From Octopus vulgaris (Eukaryota): a DNA stretch of 64,000 nucleotides. Position 1 is the stretch's first letter. Every line of letters starts with the position of its first letter. Location of the stretch: contig OX597832.1 of assembly GCA_951406725.2 (NCBI GenBank), positions 64,790,001 to 64,854,000 of the forward strand. Direction: 5' to 3'. Shown in pieces: positions 54,484 through 64,000 of this stretch. The notes under the pieces were generated by a model. It made no database searches and was not told where the DNA came from. It saw nothing but the letters and a program-made list of their open reading frames with translations. The translations under genes were made by a program, and so were the position numbers.

Positions 54484-56077
54484 CAACAGCATTAATAAAT
54501 TTATATTGTTGTGGAGATTGGATCTTCCGACGTTTTGGGTGAAACCCTTCTTTATACTGATGATGATACAGGGCAGGAAACACACCAGGTTAGATTTGAA
54601 GATTAAAATATAAATGTAAATCTTACAAGGATGTGGACGTTGCATACATCCACAGAAGGTTTTCGCTCCTCCATCTGCAGTGATTCCTAAAAAAGGAATT
54701 ACCGACACTTTAAATACTGCTCGCCGTGGCAAATTCTGTTCACTTATGCAATTATTCCAAATAATAATACAAGTCATGCCAACAGAGAACCATAAAACGC
54801 TATAGATTCCATGTTAGTCATGTATGCGTGTGCGAAAGTAGCCTTGTTAACTGGTTCTCATACGGAACCTTTGCAGACATATATACATTCATATGTATAT
54901 ACCACGTATGTATAAGACCTGATACAATGATCAAAGCAGAGTGCAGAACAATTTGTTGAATGTCTAGAAATTTTCAATGGGGTGGAAGGCATACACACTT
55001 ATAAGATGAAAGAACACTTGTAGACAATCGCTATGAAAAGCTTTGTAAAATATAAATACTGCAGTCTAGACGTAGTGATCTGCAACAGAAAGAATGTGTG
55101 CAGAGTAGTAAAAATCAATTTTATTGCAGACGTTAACATATTATTAAAGATAATTGAGAAAATTAAATATTTAACGAAAATTGAAGAAACATCGGCAGGT
55201 AGTCCATCCGGGCTATAACTTTAGATTCATACCTCTGATTATTGGAAGACATCGGTTATGTAACTAAATGGGTTAGTGCTAATTAGAGAACGAGAAAGCT
55301 CACGACTAATTAGAAAATTATCATTACAAGCCATTAATCAATTTATGAAAATTTGTAAATATTTCCACAAGATTAGCCTGTAATTTTACATATATTTACT
55401 TGCAGACTTTCAATATAGATATCTGTAACCTGTGTGTCTTCCCTGTCTTTGATGACGAATATGACAAATCTTAGAAGTGAACTGGAATAATGCAGGCGAT
55501 GGTGATGGCATACTTTAATGTCTACGAATACGTTAGGAAACTTCGCTAGACATAAAAGCCAGGACTAACAGCAGTTTATAGGAACCCATCACACAACACT
55601 TTTCATTGCCAATGTTGGTACCTGTTCGTTTATCTCGGGTTTTTATTAAGTGAATAATACAACATATGCGGAAAAAGGGTGTCGTTTAGAAACTTCAAGC
55701 TGTCGTAAGCATTGTGGATGGTCGCTAGGATGTACTTCTGTAGTACAAGCAAAATCTTTGACTGATCGCTGACCTACCGCAGATCAATCAGAGATAAGTA
55801 TACCACATAACATTTGAGCGACCCATGATATGTCAGATCAGTTATATATCAGTTATAAACAAGGCTAGACTGAACATATCAAACGCTGCGTGACTTAGGC
55901 ATCAAGAGCAGAAAGTGACTAATTATACCAGCCATTGATAACGTTCACATCAACAACAACCCTGAAAATATTTCAGGCGACAAAGGGTCAGTCCGAAGGG
56001 CCCGTGAATGATGCATCGTACAGCTTAGAGCATATCTACTGAACAGCGAAACCTGAAATTGATATTACATATCTTTA

Positions 56078-56360
56078 ATTTTTTACTAGTTTCAGTCACA
56101 TGATTGCTGCCATATACGTGCGCACATATATATTTATATATATTTGTTTTATATAAAACTATGACATTGATAACATCCAAAACAAAATGCTTCTTTCAGT
56201 TTCCGGCGGGCTTGTTTCAGTTTCCATCTACGAAATCCACTCTCAGAGCTTTGGTTGGCCCGAGACTATAGAAGTCTCTTGCCCAAGATGCCACACAGTG
56301 TAACAGAACGCGGAGCCATGTGGTTGGCAACCAATCTTCTTACTACACAGTCAAGCCTCC
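56078..56360 (-). mobile_element. SINE family A, degenerate
   Basis: tttcagtttccatctacgaaatccactc..cttgcccaagatgccac..ccatgtggttgg. Confidence 0.75.
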
Positions 56361-56889
56361 GTATATGCGCCACTCAGTTAAAATGAAAAAAACACACAGA
56401 CATGCTTGGATTAGACATACACACTCATACAGGTAATAGAGGAATAGTCCCAGCCATACACACAGTAACTCACTTATTTTCAAATCTCTGGAAAGGCGTC
56501 ATCTCTTTATTAGGGACTGATTTGAATCACTAAAACAAATTAAATAAATTTATACACGCAGACACAAACATGACAACCTAATTGGTTTTTGTCTAATATC
56601 CAATTAAAAAGACTCGTTTCTGAGCTGGGGATCGGCTCTTATTAAACAAGTTTGAAAAAGAAATAACGTAACGTACACACAAACACACAAACACACACAC
56701 TCAAAGAAATTTATGAGGGAGGTTTATTTAATTTCAACCTGCTTGCACGCTACAACTCCAGTATACAGGTTATGAGCACACATATCTACTCATAAACATC
56801 GCTGGCTATATTCATGCAACTAACTTGCTCAAAATACCTGAGTTTTGTGGGTAAATGAACAGACTGACATTTTTCTTTTAATATGCAAG

Positions 56890-57214
56890 AGCACAAGGAT
56901 GACTGTGCGGCTAAGAAGCTCGCTTTGCGATCATGTGGTTTTGGGTTCAGCCTCACTGCGCGGCACCCTAGGTAAATGGCTTATACAATATCTGCGAACA
57001 ATACCTTGTAAGTAAATTTGGGAAACGGAAACTGTGTGGAAGTCTATCGTGCTCATATGTAAGTGCATGCGTATTATTTTTGTCCCCCACGCAACGTATG
57101 ACAGCCGGTGTTGGTTTCTTTACATCCCTGTAAAATAGGTATATTTGTCCCACTAAAAAAACTTACAATGCGGCGCCCCAGTATGGCCGCAGTCCTATGG
57201 CTGAAGTAAGTAAA
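56890..57214 (+). mobile_element. SINE family A, diverged
   Basis: Head ..ggctaagaagct..gggttcagcctcactgcg and tail ccagtatggccgcagtc..ctgaagtaagtaaa. Confidence 0.75.
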
Positions 57215-57356
57215 TGATGAGAAAAAAACGAAAAAAGGGAACAGTTAACATACTATACAAGATTTTGCAGGGAGTTCGAACTATCACACTTCATATCTGC
57301 CTCCCGAAAAGAGCAGCCGATGCCGGTGCTCTTGCTTGGCATCTTGAGCAAGTGTC

Positions 57357-57679
57357 AACTTTGCCTTTCATCCTTTCGGAGTCGATTAATTAAGGACCAG
57401 TTACGCACTGGTGTCGATATAATCGACTTAATCAGTTTGTCTGTCCTTATTTGTCCTCTTTGTGTTTAGCCCCTTGTGGGTAGTAAAGAAATAGGTATTT
57501 CGTCTGCCGCTACGTTCTGAGTTCAAATTCAGCCGAGGTCGACTTTGCTTTTCATCCTTTCGGAGTCGATTAAATAAGTACTAGTTACGCACTGGAGTCG
57601 ATATAATCAACTTAATCCGTTCGTCTGTCCGTGTTTGTCCCCTCTATATTTAGCCCCCTTTGGGCAATAAAGAAATAAA
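57357..57679 (+). mobile_element. SINE family B, two tandem partial units; a decayed family C copy follows at ~57690-57870
   Basis: ctttgc.tttcatcctttcggagtcgatta..agttacgcactgg occurs twice. Confidence 0.85.
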
Positions 57680-58708
57680 TATCTTGTCACGATTACCAGA
57701 CCTAGTGTGCTTGAGCAAAACGTTTCATTTCAAGTTGGTCCGGTTCACGCAGTTGTAAATGAGTGGATCCTGCAACAAAATGGTATCCCGTTAAGAGGAG
57801 AAGATTTGATCTCGGGTACATATACGCCATGGGAACCGAGTAACCAGTCTTACGAGTTCTACAATTCGAGACAGTAACATTCGGGGTTTATCGTTTTATT
57901 GTTTCTTCGGTTCCAACTCTACTGCTCAAGTTATATCCCGATGGATATAACATTCCCCCCTCCTTTCCAGCGATCCCACAGATTCTTACATCATTCACAC
58001 GCACACGCTATCTATACACTATCAATGCTCAAAATTTATTACCCGTAGACAGAAACTTCATACTCTCCAGATTCGCTTTCTTCTATTTTCATGTATTCTG
58101 AAGCTTTTGCAATAATGTTCAACAAAATCTCAAAGGAGTCAAGTGTCTTATTTCACTGTAATTAGTCTAATTAAATTTAAAAGAAAGTAAAGAGCTAAAT
58201 GAGTGTGCATTATATATATATATATATATATATAATGTGAGTGTGGGCACGTGACTGTGTAGAGTCGTGTGTGTGTCTGAACCTGTGTATGTAGGTCTGT
58301 GCACACACATACATTTACATGCAAAGAGAGAAAAAGAGTGGGGATGTGACGTATATAGTGTAGAGAGAGAGGAAGAGCGAGAGAGAAGGTGATAGAGTGA
58401 TAGAGACTGAGAGAGAGAGAGAGAGTGAGAGAGAGAAATGTGAAAGAAACAGTTGGAGAGAATGTTAGCAGTATGAGGTGCATTATTTCTCTCCTTTTTT
58501 TATTAACGTTTGTTTGTAATTGTCAGATGAGAAAATAATAATGAAGCAAAAACTAAAAGAGAAAACAAAAGAAATAAAAAAAAAGAAAAGCTGCAGCATC
58601 TAAAACAACAACAGGAAGAAGAAAAATACAATAACAAAATCAACAACTCTTTATACAACACAAATAATAAGAACCGAAATTAAGATATAAAAATAAATCT
58701 AACGTCAA

Positions 58709-58834
58709 CCAATACGCTTTCGAAGACCAATCTTGGAACAAGATTTTATTTTTCTAAAAATATCACGTGACGTCTTGTCAAATACAGAGATTTAGATTTA
58801 GAATTATTGCAACAATAATGGTTTCCATGACAAC
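58709..58834. promoter_or_regulatory. Motif cluster: 2x CCAAT, overlapping E-box/CRE, RFX X-box
   Basis: CCAAT at 58709 and 58727, TCACGTGACGTC 58763-58774, GTTTCCATGACAAC 58821-58834. Confidence 0.5.
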
Positions 58835-59395
58835 GCCTAACTATTGTGGCTGCTGTGTGTTCCCAAGAGGGTAAAATATAAGCATATATATATATATATA
58901 TTACACACACACATACACATACACACACACACACAAATAGTTCTTAGAATATGTAGTCGTAGAGTTGGGAGAGGGTGTATAAATGGACTCAGTTGTGTGA
59001 GAAGAGATAATGAGGGGATTACTTGTCCATCTCCTTTACTAATGCCGTTTGTCAATTGTGAGCTATTTCCCAAAGTATCTCTTCCTACGCTTCTCAACCC
59101 CTGTCTCTGTGACAAACTGGCGTGTACTTAATGCCAATGAAGTTGTAGATGCGCTATCGATGAATACAAATAAATTCTTATTTGGGAGGTTAACGCTGAA
59201 ACCATATGTTGTAAACCTGTAGGAAATATGTGCAAATGGATTGCGATTTATTGTATGGATAATACTACTGGTGTACGTGGTTCACAAATAAAAATTCTGA
59301 ACCTCAGCAGTCGTGACAAAGGAATCGGAAACAATGTTCACTAACTAAGCTAGAGTTGGAAAAATAGCAGAGAGAGAGAGAGAAAGAGAGAGAGA

Positions 59396-59430
<35 letters not shown>

Positions 59431-59974
59431 CGGCTATAAGACAGGCAAACAATAAGCATAAGGAATGTATTTATATAGAACATCGTTAACACATTTATAT
59501 TATGTAACCAAGAATTATGCTTACAGTTGTTTCGGATAATCGATAACTGCTGCTATAACCATGAATATTTTGTAATGAAGTCTAGTCGCATTGTAGTTCT
59601 ATTAACAGGTACATTGACTTTGCACCACGGGCTTTCAAAATACATTCTTGTTCATACACCTAAAATCTTATTTCGCTTAATTACCTAATATGCATAGCTA
59701 GAGCATTGGTCATCGATTATGTGAAACAGCTATCAAGATAAGACTCGATTACATTTTGGATGACTAAAATGTGAAAATAGCAAGCAAAGTGATATCGTTG
59801 GTGTGCATCTAGAATTTCTATATTGATTTCTTTTACTGTTGATATCTGAGTAGAATATGCATCGCTAACAAGGTCAAGCAAGACCGAAGTATGTCTTTTG
59901 CAGTCACCAGTTGGTTTCAAATACATGAACCACTCTCAAACTGCATTATATATAATTTTCAAAAGTTTTTGCTA

Positions 59975-60046
59975 ATAGACCTTAGGGTGTTATATGTTAT
60001 CATATATAGACCTTAGGGTGTTATCATATATAGACCTTAGGGTGTT
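59975..60046. repeat. 3x short tandem repeat atagaccttagggtgtt
   Basis: Directly visible; each unit contains one TTAGGG. Confidence 0.9.
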
Positions 60047-62739
60047 GAAATTTCAAACCCTCCAACGAACATTTATTTAATAATTGTATAAATAATCTCG
60101 GTTAATCGAACTTGCGCACCCCAGTGTATTACTAGAGAGTCACAATATTTGTATTTGGTTTACAGAATATTCCTGGTGCCATTTATTCTCACCTATATTG
60201 TTGAAAATGATAGTTTTCTTTCTCTTGTCTTTGTTCCTGGAAGTTCCATCCATTTGAAAGTATTACCGTTTAACTATCTTACTAATCTCTTTAGAAAAAC
60301 AATCACGGAATCAGCAATTCCTAATTCTATATAGGGCATTAGAACCAAGTTTTAAAATGATGATTATTTTATTCATAACTTTATATTTTGCTCTCCCTTT
60401 TCATTGGAAGCATTCGAATTTCTCTTAATTTAACCATATTATTACTTCTGTTTTGTTTGTTTTGGAAACGCCTGGATGTCATGTTTTCATGCTTCTATAT
60501 AGGGGACCCATGCCAAATGAAAATAAATCAATATTACAAGATATGTTTTCGTTTTTCTAGTTTTGTTTTATTTTAATTTCCTCCCTGGTAACTGCATCCA
60601 CATTTCCATTTCTAATTAAGGTTTTACGTTTTCTCAACTTCTTAATTATGACAGGAAAATATTAATTGATTTACTTTCGATTAGTAAAATATTTTATCTC
60701 AGTTCACGTTTTCTGTTGCAACCTAAATTGAGCTGTAACACAAATAACGGTTAAACACTACTACCTGTATCAATGCTTCCTACTACTATCACCAGCAATC
60801 GCTAGTACATCCACAACCGCTTCTACTGCAGTCGCTGCAACGAAATCAACGACTCCTTCAACCATAATCTACACTTAAATCAGAGCCCACTATTCATAAA
60901 CCATTGAACACATTATAAAATGTAAGGCTAGGTACAGCTGATATTAAAACGAAGAGGTCATAGCTTGAACGCTGTTCATCACAACCATATTGGTTCGGGT
61001 TTCATCTAATATTTCTGTGTGCAACGCCACCACTTGACCAACCTCACTCTACCACCACATAAAAATATTTCACCCCTTCTCTCGATCACTCCCACCCAAA
61101 GCAACAACATTAACAAGAACAGCAACATAATGATTGCTATTATTCCTGCATTTCCTTGGTGCAATTACAAAGAGGGAAAAAATTATTGATAATAATTAAT
61201 AAAAATAATAAAGAAGATAAGAGAAACCGCAACTACAGTAACAATTTCGAAAAATATCAAAATACGAAAAGTACAATAAGATATAAAAATATTAAGAAAT
61301 ATGATAAGAAAGATTTCTTTAAAAAAAACAATAAAAAACGAAATGGAAAATGAACGAGAAATATATAAACATACTGAAATAAATAAATAAAAATAAATAA
61401 GTATAGTGAAATAATTTATAAAAAAACCTAAGAAAATAACAAACAAGAATATTAATATCGAGAATAATTTTCAACTAATAACAATATTAACAATAACAAC
61501 AAGAATGATAATGCAATAATTGTGTTATTCTATGTAAATATATTGAAAATTGGTTCCGTACATTTAGGCTTCACTAATTAAAAACTCACTAAAATAGCTG
61601 AAAACAAAATAAGATAATGGAAAGAACACTCCTATTACCAGAGAAAATAATGAAAGCCGTTTGTTTAGATTACAGATTCAAGAGAGTGTTTAGTATGTTT
61701 CTATGTCTCCAAGTGTGAATGTGATCGAGAAAATTTATATTAGTTTTTGGTACAAAGCTAGAATTTGATGGTTTTAATGAACATTTCGTGATACCTTAGA
61801 CTGTACATAAATGATTATAGGGTTGATTGAGACTGTGGATGTTATATGCAGAGATCACGGAAGAGTGAAACAAATGCAATGACACACTCAAAATATCCTT
61901 GACTGAATTTTCACAATTTATTTCTCTCCTCGGTTGTCTGCTTGCTGGTAACTTTTGAAATAAAACAGAAATAATGACATTCAGATTTGTATTTCGCAAT
62001 ATTCTTTTGAACAAAATCATCCATTATTTAAATTTTTAAAAACTCGTGATTACGTTTATCTAAGATATAGTGATTAATTGTTGCAAATGAATTAATGAAA
62101 CAAGATTTCTTTTCCCCCAAGACACCGACTTCATTTAGATTTCGAACTAGGCCACTCGGTACATATTGGCATTTTCTGTTCCCGTAATCGTCCAAAAATA
62201 TTTACTATGCTGTTGTTCCTTCTTGTTTAACCTATGTTAACGTCTATACACCGTTCCAGCAATGACCATTCCGTCTTTTGAACCCCTCCCCCCAAAAAAG
62301 GGATGTATCTAGAATCACAGGTATTGATGCATTAAATTCATTAAAATGGGATGGAATCCTATAATCCTCCTTATTATAACAAGTTGGATACAAATAGATT
62401 ATCTTGAACGTAAAAAACGAATTGTGAATAACGAAATTTGTAAACAATCTATACGTGTGTGTGTAAGTAGTGCAAGGAAAATATTGTAGAAATCAAAGTG
62501 TATGAAAGATGTACTGTAGTACAAATGATTGAGTAATCCTTTAGTTTCATCTTAAACTCTTTTTATATATAAGATGTTATTAAGGTGTGTTCATAAGAGA
62601 AAGAGATTGACAGAGTTATACAGAGAGCGGACACGGGTAGCAATGGATGCGTGTGCGCGTAGGTATTCTCTTTTCTTTACGTTTTTATCAGATTAATGTA
62701 TGTTTCGTTATGAATGCACTTATGGAGTAACTGTTCGTT

Positions 62740-62819
62740 CATGTATGTATACACACACACACGCACGCTCATATATACATACATATGCACACTCATATCT
62801 ACATACACACACATATACA

Positions 62820-62851
<32 letters not shown>

Positions 62852-63112
62852 CTCATACATACACGCTCATATACACACTCGCACACTGATATATACATAC
62901 ATAAACACACACAAATATACGTACATACACGCACACTGATATATATATATATATACATATACATACATACACACATATATATACACACACACATACATAC
63001 ATATACACACATAAGCACAAACACATACACACAGGTTTATATAAACATACAAACACACATATATAAACACATATACACGCATATATATATACACACACGC
63101 ACACCTATACAC
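62740..63112. repeat. Degenerate (CA/TA/CATA)n low-complexity tract
   Basis: Directly visible. Confidence 0.9.
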
Positions 63113-63779
63113 AAAGTTATTTAACACAAACGTACATCAGTGAATGTGTTTGGAGACATGCGGACTGAATTTTGTAGAGGTCGAAACATTTCGCATCTCC
63201 CTATTTAATACGATTCGGTGAACGACAATCCAGGGCTCTGCTTACTCCTATTATTGTAGCGTTGTAGCAAAGAAAGCCTAAGTATCTCATTTGTACAAAA
63301 CATAAATATATTAATAAAATAAATAATGTAAAAAAAATCCACAAGTTTTAGTAAATTGGTGAATATCATTTCGATAAGATTGTAGTGAACCAGAGGGAAA
63401 TCACCGAAAAATTGACTGTTTCGATCTACTGCAGCTCATAAGCTGCACCTAGAGCAAGAAATAATCAATGTAGCATCTCGCGTGGATTGATGACAAATTA
63501 ACCTTAAGGAAATAAGGAAGTTAATGTTAAGATTTTTAATGAATTCAAACTGTTAACAATAAATCAATATCTCGTGGATGAAAAAAGAAAATGTCTGCTT
63601 GTCAATGGCTAATATTTTGTGTGTTGTCACTAGTATGGTGGATGACTCTTCGTACGGTATGTTCGTTTTTTTAGACATTCTCTGTGATGCATATCCTTTA
63701 TGGAATTTCCCATAATTGTAAAGAAGAAAGTGTATGTGTATATGCATTTGTACACACACACACACTCTACACACACGAG

Positions 63780-63930
63780 GAGGCATGGCTGCGAAGGTAG
63801 GAAACTAGCTGTACAACCACTTGGTTTTCAGTTCAGTGTTATTATGCCGTGCCTTGGGCAAGTGTGTTTTGTAGCCTCAAGCTGACTGGTGCCGTGTGAG
63901 TAAATTCACGATTATATGGAAGCCCATCGT
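63780..63930 (+). mobile_element. SINE family A, 5' portion, degenerate
   Basis: ggcatggctgcgaaggtagg..ccttgggcaagtgtgt..gtgagtaaatt..gaagcccatcg. Confidence 0.65.
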
Positions 63931-64000
63931 GTGTGTATGACTATATATACTTACATACAAACAACAGGAATATTATTTTAAATATAAATAAATAGACGTT

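Noticed and set aside
58040-58061. miR-100-like string tacccgtagacagaaacttcat
   Set aside because: The seed matches, but the downstream sequence does not form a complementary arm.
59975-60046. Interstitial telomeric sequence
   Set aside because: TTAGGG occurs singly within a longer unit, not as a tandem array.

Overview
AT-rich, microsatellite-saturated eukaryotic DNA. The SINE families and repeat composition point to a coleoid cephalopod, most likely Octopus (inference). I recognise no intact host protein-coding gene, and nearly all listed ORFs are translations of (TA)n/(CA)n/(GA)n tracts or repeats. Identifiable content: about 30 tRNA-derived SINE copies from 3-4 families, an R4/Dong-like restriction-endonuclease LINE 3' fragment (34.4-35.05 kb), a CR1-like LINE fragment (48.4-49.2 kb), the 3' end of a DD34E Tc1 transposon with an IR/DR end (43.6-44.2 kb), and a DINE-1/HINE-like Helentron element (18.4-18.7 kb). 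The most notable hidden signal is a set of about 10 intact or decayed minimal type-I hammerhead ribozyme motifs (CUGANGA...GAAA-palindrome-UH), of the kind carried by Penelope-like elements and retrozymes. They belong to several sequence families, many abut (TA)n tracts, and at least three are arranged as back-to-back inverted pairs. The clearest is a 120-bp-arm inverted repeat at 33160-33487 with one hammerhead on each strand. Also seen: long palindromes (9.3 and 53.9 kb), several pre-miRNA-like hairpins (one with a miR-29-type seed just downstream of a YY1/E2F promoter-like motif cluster), and an RFX X-box/E-box/CRE/CCAAT cluster at 58.7 kb. All folds and alignments were done by eye, and repeat boundaries are approximate.
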